Assembly: GCF_009914755.1 (NCBI RefSeq)
Contig: NC_060941.1
Source: the human T2T-CHM13v2.0 reference genome, Homo sapiens
Direction: 5' to 3' (one strand)
DNA: 64,000 bases
A model generated the notes under the pieces. The model saw only the letters and a program-made list of their open reading frames with translations, was not told the origin of the DNA and did not search any database. This document shows, one piece after another, positions 1 to 15,699 of this stretch (the stretch's first letter is position 1; each line of letters starts with the position of its first letter). The position numbers and the translations under genes are program-made.

Positions 1-308
1 GTTTGGTGGAAGGGAGGGAACTGAAAATTCAATGACAGGTTTTTCTTTTGCCATGGCTAGGAATAGGGCTGACAAATGGGCTTCATCTCATTTGCCTCTG
101 TGGCCAGTTGAAATGCCTCTCAGGGGTTCTATGTTAAGAAGGATTCTGAGGTCCAGAGAGCCTCACGGTCAGCAGCTAGCACTATCTGCCTGGGTTTAGG
201 TTGGGGGAAGCAGCACCATGTATATTGGAGTCTGATCTTGGAGGACTAATTTTGTCCCTTTTCCTTCTGTCTCTAGGGACCCAACCAGAGCCTGGCCTGG
301 GAGCCAGG

Positions 309-1359
309 ATGGCCATCCACAAAGCCTTGGTGATGTGCCTGGGACTGCCTCTCTTCCTGTTCCCAGGGGCCTGGGCCCAGGGCCATGTCCCACCCGGCTG
401 CAGCCAAGGCCTCAACCCCCTGTACTACAACCTGTGTGACCGCTCTGGGGCGTGGGGCATCGTCCTGGAGGCCGTGGCTGGGGCGGGCATTGTCACCACG
501 TTTGTGCTCACCATCATCCTGGTGGCCAGCCTCCCCTTTGTGCAGGACACCAAGAAACGGAGCCTGCTGGGGACCCAGGTATTCTTCCTTCTGGGGACCC
601 TGGGCCTCTTCTGCCTCGTGTTTGCCTGTGTGGTGAAGCCCGACTTCTCCACCTGTGCCTCTCGGCGCTTCCTCTTTGGGGTTCTGTTCGCCATCTGCTT
701 CTCTTGTCTGGCGGCTCACGTCTTTGCCCTCAACTTCCTGGCCCGGAAGAACCACGGGCCCCGGGGCTGGGTGATCTTCACTGTGGCTCTGCTGCTGACC
801 CTGGTAGAGGTCATCATCAATACAGAGTGGCTGATCATCACCCTGGTTCGGGGCAGTGGCGAGGGCGGCCCTCAGGGCAACAGCAGCGCAGGCTGGGCCG
901 TGGCCTCCCCCTGTGCCATCGCCAACATGGACTTTGTCATGGCACTCATCTACGTCATGCTGCTGCTGCTGGGTGCCTTCCTGGGGGCCTGGCCCGCCCT
1001 GTGTGGCCGCTACAAGCGCTGGCGTAAGCATGGGGTCTTTGTGCTCCTCACCACAGCCACCTCCGTTGCCATATGGGTGGTGTGGATCGTCATGTATACT
1101 TACGGCAACAAGCAGCACAACAGTCCCACCTGGGATGACCCCACGCTGGCCATCGCCCTCGCCGCCAATGCCTGGGCCTTCGTCCTCTTCTACGTCATCC
1201 CCGAGGTCTCCCAGGTGACCAAGTCCAGCCCAGAGCAAAGCTACCAGGGGGACATGTACCCCACCCGGGGCGTGGGCTATGAGACCATCCTGAAAGAGCA
1301 GAAGGGTCAGAGCATGTTCGTGGAGAACAAGGCCTTTTCCATGGATGAGCCGGTTGCAG
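309..1359 (+). CDS. GPRC5C: GPRC5C main coding exon: signal peptide, 7TM domain and start of the cytoplasmic tail (exon begins at 277)
   Basis: Pyrimidine tract and AG acceptor end at 276. ATG at 309 gives MAIHKALVMCLGLPLFLFPGAWAQG. Seven hydrophobic helices and RAIG-family motifs (LCD..WGIV, WDDPTLAIAL, ENKAFSMDEP) follow. Donor GCAG|GTGGGT at 1359/1360, phase 1. The 32 nt before the ATG are in frame (GTQPEPGLGAR), compatible with longer N-terminal isoforms. Confidence 0.98.
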
Positions 1360-1503
1360 GTGGGTCTCTGTGGATGCCCCCAGTGGCCCCTTTCTCCATC
1401 CCATGTCTTTTACTGCAGGACAGGGAGCCAGTCTCTTGAGCAAAATGGAAAGTTTTTGAGGTTTTCTGTAGTTTTCTGCCTAAGTGTCTCTAAATTCCAT
1501 TTA

Positions 1504-2872
<1,369 letters not shown>

Positions 2873-4349
2873 TAGTGGTCTCAGCAGCGCCCTTGTTAGC
2901 TGTACAGCCCACTAGCATTTCCTCAGCACCTGCTCTGTGCCAGCCCCTGTGCTAATCCCCTTACCGATGTGGCCCATTGCACGCATCCCACCTGCTCTTC
3001 CTCAGCCTGCTGGCTGCAGCCCCTCATCTGACATGACCTGGAAATTTGGGGGTGCCATCTCAAAGTCCTGACCCTGCCCCCAGACTGTGCTGATCTGGAG
3101 GCCTGGGGGCTTCAGACTTTCTTAACTGCCCGGTTAACAAGCACCGGCTCTGGGGTCTCTGCTGGGAGGTCAGAGTCAGGCAGTGGAAGTTCCAGAATCA
3201 GAGACATTCCTTTCTCTTCTACACACTGTGAAATCCTCATAATCCCTGCTTTGGAGAAAGAGATGACCCTTGTCCTGCCGGGCACTTGATCTTTGATCTG
3301 CCCACCTGGGCTGAGGTGCTGGCCTCACCCCTGGGTGGCCCCTGTCACACGCACGGTGTGCATGGGGGGGGTGGAATTGGCAAAACCCACCAGAGAGGTG
3401 GGGCTTACAGACAAGTGCTGGGAGGAGCCTCAGGCCCCGCCCCCACACTGAATGCCGGTCGGGGCCAAATGGTTCTCAACCTTGGGGCTGAGTTTTTACT
3501 TCCTTTTTTTTTTTCTAAATGGAAAAATCAATAGAGTGAGCCCAGCCCCAGCACTTAGGAAACTCTATATAGGTTGCGGTCCCTCAGAACTGCAGGGCCG
3601 TCAGCCTTGCCGGAGCCAGACGTCCGCTGTGCCGTCCTCACAGCAAGGCCTGCTCCGAGGCCCCGGGGTGCGTCAGCAGCCCTCCTCAAACACCCTGGGA
3701 GTGCCCAGCAGGGCGGAACACACCGGGAAACCAACACCCCAAAGGCACAAGGAAGTATCCCTGGAGCTAAAAATAGTTCTGGAAACTTGCCAGGGGGCCA
3801 CAGGCTGGGACGTGCGTTAAGGCTCCCTGGCCAGGCTCTGGGTTGGTGTAGTGGGGAAGGGGCGCCCAGGTCGGCCCTGGGAGGACATGAACAGGCTTAG
3901 GCCGAGGGCTCTCAGATGTATTTACCTCTGTGCCTGGCAGCTGGCCCGTGGTGACAGGCAGAGCTGGAGGCTGGCCATCTTGGAAGGCGGCCGAAGGCCC
4001 ATGTGTCCTCTTGGCCTCTGGCCCCGGAGGGCGGATGGGGATGTGGAAGTTGCTGACAGAGCATTTTCTGAGCTGTTGGGTCAGGGGCTGGGGGGTCTAC
4101 AGTGCAGGGAAGCTCAGCAGTGTTGTTCACTCCCATGCATCTGTACAAAGGGGTGCTAGGCTTGGGAGGGGGCCCCCGTGTTCACAACCTCACCCCCAAG
4201 TTGCCACTCCTGGGTTAGAGACTATGCCAGGGTTGGCCTGCCCCCTTTACCTCTTCCCTGCCCCCAGAGAGCCTTGCTTGGTTTGTGGGAGGTGGGGAAG
4301 GGAGCTGAGAGCCCTGGGATCTTCAAACTGTTCCTGCTTTTCCTTGTAG

Positions 4350-4444
4350 CTAAGAGGCCGGTGTCACCATACAGCGGGTACAATGGGCAGCTGCTGACCA
4401 GTGTGTACCAGCCCACTGAGATGGCCCTGATGCACAAAGTTCCG
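4350..4444 (+). CDS. GPRC5C: GPRC5C internal coding exon (AKRPVSPYSGYNGQLLTSVYQPTEMALMHKVP)
   Basis: Acceptor ttttccttgtag|CT and donor CCG|GTAAGT. The 95 nt complete the phase-1 codon and end in phase 0. Confidence 0.96.
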
Positions 4445-5424
4445 GTAAGTGGGTTCCCCAGGTCCCCGTGACACGTCTGGGCTACAGAGACCAGCCTCAG
4501 CAGGCCAGTGGGAGAAGGCCATGTGGCCAGAGCTGGGTTGGGTGGAGGTGGTAAGGGGAAGGCAAGCTTCTCCATCTGGTGCTTTTACCTGGGGAATCCA
4601 GAGCCCCAGTTCTTAACTTCCTTGTCCTGGAGTCAGTGTACCCACCACCTTCAGCTGCACTGCAGTGGGACCCGCCCTGTGTCACTGGGGCATTGCACAC
4701 AGGTTGTGTCGGGATGCTATAGGGAATGCTGGGTGAGCTCTCCCTGGTGGGAGCTGCCAGCTTTACCCTGGAGAGCTTGGGGAGGGACAAAGGAGGGTCT
4801 CAGCCAGGTGCTCCCAAAATAGACAGGGGTCCAAATGTCACAGGTCTGGATAGGTGTTTACTTCTCAACCACAGCTGTGCCAAGGGGGCCCACACTCTCC
4901 TCCCTCTCTGGCAGGCAGCAAGTCTCGACCTTACACCTCCCCCTGGGTTCTGGAAACTAGAAGCATCGTTAGCCAGGGGAGGGAGAGGGAGCAGGAAGAC
5001 GGTGGGTTGGATTCTACTCACTCCTATATGTGTTCCTCCTCCCGGCTGGCAGAGGCTGTGGGGAGAGGTCAGTGACCCGTCTTGGCAGGACACTGGGAAC
5101 AGGAAACAAGGAGGTCAGCTGGGTGGCGTTCTCATCCCCCTCCCCGCCCTCTCTGTGAGAGCCGCGGGGCAGGGGGAGGTGAGTGTGGCTGAAGCTTCCA
5201 ATCCCAGCGCCTCCCCTCTCCCTGAGCCTGAACCTGAGCTTGGGCAGAGGAGAGCTTCCGGAGCACCAGGAGTGGAGGCTGCGGGCTGTCAGCTCTGGCG
5301 GGGAGTGGGCAGCCACAGAAGCCTTTGCTGAATAGCTTCCTTCACTGTTGCTGCACCTCACTCCCCAGCGCGTTTGGAGTCTGCTTCCTGGGGGATGATC
5401 TGGATTAACAGGGATATTTTATCT

Positions 5425-6197
<773 letters not shown>

Positions 6198-6408
6198 CTA
6201 GTTTGGGGTCTGGGAGCTACAGAGATTTGGTGGCAGCTCTTTCCCATAGGGCTAAGACAGATGGGGCCAGGAATACACCTTTCCTCCAGCATAGGAGCCG
6301 GAACAGGTACCTCAGGACCCTCTTCACCCCACAGCTGGTGTCTCTCACCCACATGGGAGCAAGACCCAGCGCCAGGCAGAGAATTCAGGTTTCAAGACTC
6401 CAAATCAG

Positions 6409-7033
<625 letters not shown>

Positions 7034-7383
7034 TCAGACAGGTAGTAGCAGCTCTGTGTGGCTGACTCTCCACTGGCCCTAGCATTTCCCTAAACAATTG
7101 GAAGTAGGAGGGTCTTGAGAAGGGGATCCCCCTCTGTGAAGCCCCAGCACCATCCAAGGTCAGCAGGGGCCTCGTTCCCATGCCCAGAGGCAGGGTGAGA
7201 TAAGGGGCTCAGGTCTGGCTGTCCCAGGCTGCTCCTGGGGCCCAGCCAGAGGGGGCAGAGGAGCCGAGGGGGGAGTTGGGGGGGATCTGGCAGTCCCAGC
7301 CCTGCAGGAAGTGTTTGTGCATCCGCCCCGGCGGAACCTGGCTCCCAATCCCCGACTGTGAGACCGCCTGTTCTTCCTTCCAG

Positions 7384-7563
7384 TCCGAAGGAGCTTACGA
7401 CATCATCCTCCCACGGGCCACCGCCAACAGCCAGGTGATGGGCAGTGCCAACTCGACCCTGCGGGCTGAAGACATGTACTCGGCCCAGAGCCACCAGGCG
7501 GCCACACCGCCGAAAGACGGCAAGAACTCTCAGGTCTTTAGAAACCCCTACGTGTGGGACTGA
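7384..7563 (+). CDS. GPRC5C: GPRC5C terminal coding exon (SEGAYDIILPRAT...VFRNPYVWD*)
   Basis: Acceptor ttcttccttccag|TCC, stop TGA at 7561-7563. Spliced CDS is 1051+95+180=1326 nt, or 441 aa. Confidence 0.96.
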   Translation, partial: SEGAYDIILPRATANSQVMGSANSTLRAEDMYSAQSHQAATPPKDGKNSQVFRNPYVWD

Positions 7564-7939
7564 GTCAGCGGTGGCGAGGAGAGGCGGTCGGATTTGGGGA
7601 GGGCCCTGAGGACCTGGCCCCGGGCAAGGGACTCTCCAGGCTCCTCCTCCCCCTGGCAGGCCCAGCAACATGTGCCCCAGATGTGGAAGGGCCTCCCTCT
7701 CTGCCAGTGTTTGGGTGGGTGTCATGGGTGTCCCCACCCACTCCTCAGTGTTTGTGGAGTCGAGGAGCCAACCCCAGCCTCCTGCCAGGATCACCTCGGC
7801 GGTCACACTCCAGCCAAATAGTGTTCTCGGGGTGGTGGCTGGGCAGCGCCTATGTTTCTCTGGAGATTCCTGCAACCTCAAGAGACTTCCCAGGCGCTCA
7901 GGCCTGGATCTTGCTCCTCTGTGAGGAACAAGGGTGCCT

Positions 7940-7945
7940 AATAAA
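7940..7945 (+). terminator. GPRC5C: GPRC5C proximal poly(A) signal AATAAA
   Basis: AATAAA about 380 nt after the stop, followed by U/GU-rich sequence. Confidence 0.85.
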
Positions 7946-8547
7946 TACATTTCTGCTTTATTAACTCTTGCTCTGGGATTGTGGTTTCTGACCTGGCCTC
8001 CTGGTTTCTGATGAACGTCTCCTCCACCATGGCCTGTGGGTGACTTCTCTTTCTTCCCTCCAAATCCAGCTCACATTTAAAGCTGCTGCAGATTTTTCCT
8101 GTGCAATTAAGTAGCTGATGCCTCTCCCCAGTGAGTGGTTCTTTAGCAGGTCCTCTGTCTGTATTGTGTGCGATCAGAATGAACACCCAGGCTCAGTGCG
8201 TGCCTAGGATGCAGTCCCGCACCTGGGCTTGTCTGAGGCCAGGCAGCTTTCCTCTGGGAACCCCCCTCCAGTGGCTGTGGGGATAGGACTGGGAAGGTGA
8301 GCCTTGAGCAGGTGGCTCTGTGTGTAAGGGAAGATGAACTCATTTCAGCTTCTCCTGGGATGAATGACAGTGAAGATCCCATAGCGGACAAAGTGGAGAC
8401 TCATTCTGCTCCATGCTTTGAGATCACACCGTGTGATACGTGCAAAGGAATGGCCTAGAGAGGGTCAGGAATTGTTTACAAATGGGTTGACAAAAGTGCA
8501 AAGGGTTGGGCCAGGTCCTGGTTGGTTTCGTTCCCGAGCGGTCATTA

Positions 8548-9212
<665 letters not shown>

Positions 9213-9868
9213 CATCAGCTCATTTTAATCCCCAAGGCTGCCCTGGAAGGTGGGAAGGACTAGTATTCTATCCCTTTTCCAGATTCAAAATCCCAGAACT
9301 GTACCATTTTGGGGTGAGACAGGGCCTCAGAGTAGTTCTACCGCCCCCTTTTACAGGTAAGCGAACTGACCCAGAGAGGCCAGGCCAACACCAACCAGGT
9401 TTTCCTAAGACTCTGACGTCCAGCAGCCTCTCTCCGTGGCCCACCCTGGGTAAGCCAGTCCAGTGGGTGGCACTTCCAGCCATGTGGTTGAGACAGCAGG
9501 GTCCTGACCTTTGGACGCTGGCTCAAGACTTTGCCAGGGGGCTGCCAGGCCGGCCCCGGGGAGCCTGCTCCTCCCAGGCTTGGGAATGTTTCTCCCCAGC
9601 TAGTCAGAAGCTATTTTCTGATACCGGTTGTAGGGGAAAAAATGTTTTTGTTGAAAGGGAGAGAAAGGTTGCTGGGAAAAAAAAAATAAACTTGAAGGGG
9701 AGAGAAAGTTTGCTGGGAAGAAAAAATAAACTTCTCCCAAAATTCTCCTTCTATGCTCAGATTGCATTAGCCTCCTGGGGACTGAAACACTATTTTTAAG
9801 TAAAAACCAGTTCTTGGGCCCCACGCAGTAGAGTCCCCTTTGACTCTTGTTCTTTCTGGTCACTTTAG

Positions 9869-9901
9869 GCTCAGTCCCCACAAAGTAAAACGAGATGGTA
9901 G
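9869..9901 (+). CDS. GPRC5C: Candidate alternative GPRC5C last exon encoding AQSPQSKTRW*
   Basis: Acceptor tcttgttctttctggtcactttag|GCT. In frame with an internal phase-0 donor CAG|GTCTTT at 7533/7534. TAG at 9899-9901. Confidence 0.7.
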   Translation, partial: AQSPQSKTRW

Positions 9902-12149
9902 AAGCCCTCTTCCCGGGACTGCACGGCATCCTGATCCTCATTCCTCTGTACCCAGGCTGGACCGGGCCCAGCACCTTTCCCATCCTTGTCATTGGAGCTG
10001 GGAGGGGCCGGAGGCCACCAACCTGAAGCAGTGGACCGAGTGGGCCCCCGTGAAGCCCTGAGTGTGTGACTGGAGCGCCTAGGGCCACCTCCCTTTCCTG
10101 CCCAGCCCATCTTCCTGGTCCCCAGGTGGCTGCAGCTACAAGGAGCTGTCCGCGGGCCCCCAGGCTGCCTCCAACTCCCCTCTTGACACGCCCCCCTCCC
10201 CCCAAATCATAGTCCCTGTGTCCCCAAGCTGTGGTTCTTCAGATTGCCTTCTTCCCCTCTGTGAACAACAGGCCTCAGTGCCCCGTCTTGACTCTGGACC
10301 TTCCTGGCCCTGCCATCTTGGTGTCTGGCACTGGCTTGTCCCACCCTCTGCCTAGATGGATCTCCTCCATGAGTCTTTGGAGCCAAGCCAGGGCAGAAGT
10401 TGGCCCTTGCCCTTCTCACCAGGGCCTCCTGCCACCACCTGGACTGTGGAAGGCCACTGAGATGGGGGCAGAGCTCAGCCCGAGGCTTGGGCACACTGCT
10501 TCTCTCCACGGCCTGTGGGTCCTGGATCTGAGCCCTTGGGGTGTTTCACTCAAGAGCCACTGAGCCGTCCCCATCTTCCACAAAGCAGTTTCCACAAGCA
10601 AGCCAGGGCCAGCCCTGCCTGCACTCTGCCCGCAGTGCCCCTCAACGTCTGGGATGAGGATGAGCCTGCTGAGATGAGGGCAGCTCTCTCCATCCAGCAG
10701 TACCTCATGGAGTGCTCACTAAGGAGTTAGGAATGGCAGGCCACGCTGGCATCTGGGGTTCAAGGTGGCTCCTGTGGCAGGAACAGGTGTCCATGACCCT
10801 GATTACCTGGATCTCACAGGTTCTGGGAATGCAATAGGGGCCTGCTGTGGCTATTCCAACATCTCTGGTCAGGGCCTGGAAGTACCTTAGGACACATGGG
10901 GTTGGGGTCAGGACTGCATTCTCAGGGACCAGTGGAGAGCCCTGGACCAGATGAACTGGAGTCTAGGCCTCTCTCGTGACTGGGACTTGTGGGACGTGGG
11001 AGGCCCGTGAGATCCAGGACTAAAGATTATGCTGTTTCCTAATGGGCAGATATGTAAGTAGGTAAGTGGGATCCTCAGGTAAGCGGGATCCAGAACTAAA
11101 GACTGTGCTATTTCCTGATGGGCAGATGTGTTGTTTCTACCTCATCTTGGGCAGCACCTGGATATGCTGGCGCTGGTTCATCACTGGAGGAGCCTCTTGT
11201 ATTTTGAGCCCTCGGACATGCTCCAGAGGGTCCTGACGGTCACCCAGCAAAGAGGGGGTACCTCCATGGTGCTGGCACCAAAGACAGAGATGGGCACAGC
11301 TCCAGGCTCGTGAAAATGAGCTCTCTATAACATTGTCTTCCTGAGGTTTTTCCTGCCCTTATCCAAGGTGGGCCCTAAAGCTCAGTCCCCAGCCCAGCAG
11401 CACCTCTGGGTGCCGGGGTGGAGGATGACGACCAGAGCAGCTCTCTGGAGAGGTGCCCTGTAGTCAGTCCCACAGCTCTCTGGTGCTACCCCCGTCCCCA
11501 GCAGCCTGTGCCTTTGTCACTGGCATACTTTTCCAGAGCTAAATTGGGCGAGCAATCCCTGCAGAGTAGGATTGCAGCTCTGACTGTGGCCCCCGACCTC
11601 TCTGTGTTGCCTGTCGAAGTCCATGAACAGAATGTTATTTCCCTCCAGTGGAAGGGAAGCAGGGAGCTCTGTGGACCTCACGCTGCCCTTGGTCTAGCTT
11701 AGCGGCCCCAAGATCCCTTAGTGAATCAAGGCGCTGTGTTGCTTTCCTATGTGATAATTTCAAAGGAGTCCCCGGCAGGGCCTGATACCCAGAGGCTGCA
11801 GTCTCCAGTGGACGTGGGTGTGTGTATAGCCTGAGTCCTCTGGGGGTCTGCGCGTGAGGCTCAGGGAGGGATGGGATCCTAAAAGATGCAGGCCTGCCTG
11901 TATTCAGGAGTACCCACTGGCCCTGCTTACTCCCGCCCGGGCCAAGTGGAGAAGAAGTTAGATGAGTTCTTAGGAGGAGAGAGGCAGCTTCTTTGAGGTG
12001 GTCGAGTGGCATCACAAACAAGCGTTGAATGGAAAAAGACTAGAAGAGGCAGAGCCTGTCACAGGTTCACCATCATCCAGCCAACACTATGGGAAATCTC
12101 ACACCCACCACTGTCAAACCGAGGACTTTGGACTTAATAACTGCTCAGA

Positions 12150-12155
12150 ATTAAA
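12150..12155 (+). terminator. Candidate distal poly(A) signal ATTAAA for the alternative GPRC5C last exon
   Basis: ATTAAA downstream of the 9869 exon, followed by GU/U-rich sequence. I saw no AATAAA between 9901 and this site. Confidence 0.45.
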
Positions 12156-14229
12156 CGACCTTACCTTCCATGGGTGAGGGCTTACTGCCATTGAATTCCT
12201 GTGTGTTCATAAATTCTGGGAGTTACTAGTTTTTTTTTTTTTTTTTTTAATTATTTTTAGAGACAGGGTCTTGCTACGTTGCCCAGGCTGGTCTCGAACT
12301 CCTGGCCTCAAGCGATTCTCTCATCTCAGCCTTCCATGTAGCTGGGATTCCAGGTGCCTGCTCCCCCACCCCCCACCCTGCCTCTGGGATTTTTTTCATG
12401 TGTATTTCCCTGCTAGACCTCTTGCTTTTTACACCAACAAATGCTGTTTGATTCCAACTAACCTTTTTCTCTGTTGGGGATTTATTTTAAGGGGAAAACC
12501 AGGCCTCCAAAAACCACTGAGCTCTCAACCCGTCAAGGCCAGAGAACTCTAACACCTACACAAGATGTGGGTGGGGAGGGAGGCGACCCCAAAAGTATCC
12601 CTGTTGCTGCCTGGCATGGCTGGAAGAGGCAGCCAGGATACCCATTGGGTGAAATTCTCAGTGCACAGAACCAGGGATGGCTGGTAAATCCCCTGGGCCA
12701 TGAAGACCTGCCTGCCGAGTGCCTTTCCTGGCTTTCCAGTTTACTCATGGCCCTGCACTTGTTCGTCAGCCCCCCACAGCTCATAGAAGAGAGCAAGCAA
12801 CAGAGGCTAAGTGCCTGCCCTGTGGGGGTGCTGCTTGGAAGGGTCTGTTGGCCCTCCAAGCCATTCTCGCCAAGGGCAGCATTTTCACTAGCCCCCGGAG
12901 GATGCGCCAAGGTCAGGCACAGGTGCCAGGAACCAGGATTTGTTTCCTGTCTGCCGTCTCCACTCTGGGCCCTCCAGGAAGCTGCAGCCCCTGTTCACAG
13001 CAGCTGCATGAATTATTTAGCATCTGCACCAGACCGGGAGTGCTCTGACCTCATCCTCCTTGGGCTCAGGGTGCGGTTCTGACCTCATCCTCCTTGAAAA
13101 AAGGTTGTTGATAGGCAGAGGCTGGAGCGGTGCGTCCCTCTGGGGTGCGGGTGATTAAAAGGGAGACACCAGTACCCTCAGAGAAGGAGGTGGGGAGCAG
13201 CGACCCATGCCCTTGTCGCAGGAGGCAATTCTGCAGCACGCAGAAAATATGACTTTGGAATCAGAGGCTGCGGGTTCACATCCTGGCTGTTAGTAGTTCT
13301 GTGACCTTCAGCAGCTCCCTTGGTCCTTCCTCAGTCTTCTCATCTGAAAAATGGGGGTACCAGCCCCCTGAGTTTGTGTTTGGTGTTCTGTCCCCTCCAG
13401 ATAACCCCCACGAAAGTCACAGTCAAGGCAGAGCGTCCAGGCACCATCTGCCCAGTGTTTCCTGCCCAGACAAGCAGGTCTTCTGGCCAGATTTCAGTTT
13501 GGCACCTCCTGGTGCCACATCTTCCCTTCCCTCTATGCTGCCTCATGCCCTGGGTCCCCAGAGTGGGTGGCTTGGCAGGTTGCCACGATTGGAAGAGGAT
13601 GCTAAGGAGAGAGACCCTTGGCAGTGCCCGCGCCCTGACTGGCAGGGGAGAAGGGCTAGCAGAGGCGTTAGGAGGGTCGCCAGGTGCACAGGAAGCCTAA
13701 GAAGCTAGGCTGAAGATCTGGGACGGAGCTGCTTTCTGCCAGCAAATGTCCACTGTCTACTGGGTGGACGGGAGGGAGTGGAGATGAGAGCGATCTGGTC
13801 TCTGCCCTCCTTTGCCAGGTCAGGCCTGAGGGCTGAAGTGGGAGTGGCCATGTGAGTCCCAGCAAATGCGTTTTGGGATTAAGCACGCAGGTGCCTTCAG
13901 CAAGCTTCCCCGGGTATCCCCTTCCCAAGCGGCACCTTCGTGGCAGGCAGGGCATCTCGGACCAGGGCCTGGCTCCAGCTAGCTCTGTGGCCTTGGACAG
14001 CTCCCTTGACCCCTCGCCCCCGCAAGGGTTTCCTCATCTGTAAAATACACCCCGATGTCTCCAGCTCTGTCTAAGCCCTGGAGTTGGTGTCCCCAGCAGT
14101 GGAGAGGGGACCTAAAGCCCCAGGGCTCTGCCGCAGATGCACCCCCAGGGGTTCCGACTCAAAGTCTGGAGCAGAACTGGGCAGACACAGGGTGACCGCC
14201 TGGCTGTGCTTTGGAGAGAGAAGTTGGGT

Positions 14230-15440
14230 CCCGTGGGGGTGAATGGGGCCGGTCCCAGACCGGTTGTCCGCCCCATCCGCCGACCCCTCACCTCCGCAGA
14301 CTCCTCCAAGCCAGGGGCCTGGAAGTGGCTCCTTCTGATTCACCTAAAGGCAACGGTGGCTTGCCTCACCCCCAACTCCACCGACGGCAGGAGAGGGTCC
14401 GCGGGGGCCCGGGCCCAGGGAAGGTTTTACGCTCCGTCCTTAACCCAGCGTCCTAACCTGACCCGGCTGGGAGAGGGGGCGGGGCCCCGGAACCCCACCC
14501 GCAGACAGCCCACTCCCCCGCACGCACCTGGGTTGGGGGAGGTGGGGGGCGGTGGGGGGCAGTGAAGGTTGGGGGAGGTGGGGGTGGGCCCGAGCAGCCG
14601 GCGCGCCCACGTGCCTCTCCCGCGAGGGCCCGGCCACCCCAGCTCCAGCCAACCCGAGGCCGCCTCTCGTGCCCCACCCCAAGCCCCGCCCCGGCCCCTG
14701 CAACCCGATCCTCGCCGCGGGGCGGCGGCCGAAGCCAGCTGTCCCAGCTCCTGCTGTAGCCTGGGGGCCGGGCCGCCGCGCTCCGCCCATCCCCGCCCTC
14801 AGAGCTGGGCCTCGCAGCCGCTAGGGATTGCGGGGGCCGCATTTATCCCTGTGTCTCTCAGGCCCCGCAGAGACGGGGGTGGGGTGGGTGACGCCAGGGA
14901 AGCAGGCCCCTTTTCCCAAGGGAAGAATCCCCTTCCGGAGGCCCGCCGGGCCATGGAGTTTCCGCGGGTGGAGGTAGTGAGGCCAAGGGCACGGGGAGCC
15001 CTGTCGCTGCCTTACGTCTGGCTCTAGGCCGGGGTTCCTCGGCTCCACCAGCGACATTTGTGGCCGGATCGCTGTGTAGTGGAGCTGGCCCGGGAACTGC
15101 AGGATATTGAGCGGCATCCCTGACCCCCTCCACTGGATGCCAGGAGCACAGCCAGCCCCCTAACCCTACAACCACAAATGTCTCTGGACACGGCCAAACG
15201 TCCCCTGGGGGCAAACTCTCCGGGTGGAAACCCACTCCCCGAGGGTTTTTCGGTGGGCATTTGAGGCAGCCACACGGGCTGGGGGCCTGGAGCTCGAGGT
15301 CCCTGCAGCCAGGAAGCTGGTGCTGGCCTCCCCTTCTCCCCGGCGCTGCCAGCTGCTTCAGGCTGGCCTGGGAACTGTGACCCTTGGCCTGACAGTATTT
15401 CGGCAGCATGTGACCTGCCAGGCTTTCTCACCGTAGGGTG
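14230..15440. promoter_or_regulatory. Intergenic CpG island with GC boxes and G-run clusters
   Basis: Very high GC and CpG density, several GGGGCGGGG/CCCCGCCC boxes, G5-G6 runs at 14530-14588. Confidence 0.8.
15029..15236 (-). mobile_element. MER20 (hAT) DNA transposon relic inside the CpG island
   Basis: gacatttgtggccggat...ggcatccctg...gatgccagg...aatgtctctggac...gtcccctgggggcaaa matches the recalled MER20 consensus. Confidence 0.65.
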
Positions 15441-15660
15441 CCCCCACCCTGATGTGGGTGCTGGCACAGGGGATGCTGGGGACAAGCCCATCACTAGCAG
15501 TCAGGCCAGCTGGGGCACCGGAAAGAGACTCAGGCACTGGGTGTCCATGGGCAGCCTGAGGTTCCCAAGAGAAGCTGGGCTGAGGCCGCCGTGTGAGCCC
15601 AGGGGCTGTCCGGGCTGAAGGTCAGGGGGCATCCTGGCCCACAGGGTCCACCCCTTACGC

Positions 15661-15662
<2 letters not shown>

Positions 15663-15699
<37 letters not shown>
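15663..15699. repeat. (CA)n microsatellite
   Basis: Directly visible run. Confidence 0.95.

Noticed and set aside
273-1238. 321-aa antisense ORF and other overlapping ORFs over the GPRC5C exon
   Set aside because: Shadow frames of a GC3-rich coding exon, with no independent start, splice or homology signal.
201-1439. 412-aa ORF read as a single-exon protein
   Set aside because: Its first 25 and last 26 or so codons are intronic (acceptor 276/277, donor 1359/1360). The real CDS is spliced.
7090-7950. 286-aa minus-strand ORF over the GPRC5C last exon
   Set aside because: Antisense to a GC-rich exon and UTR, compositionally biased, no family resemblance.
13044-13096. 19-bp direct repeat tctgacctcatcctccttg
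   Set aside because: Isolated small duplication with no further structure or functional cue.
14137-15494. Stacked Pro/Gly/Arg-rich ORFs in the CpG island
   Set aside because: Expected from high GC content. No recognisable domain or exon structure.
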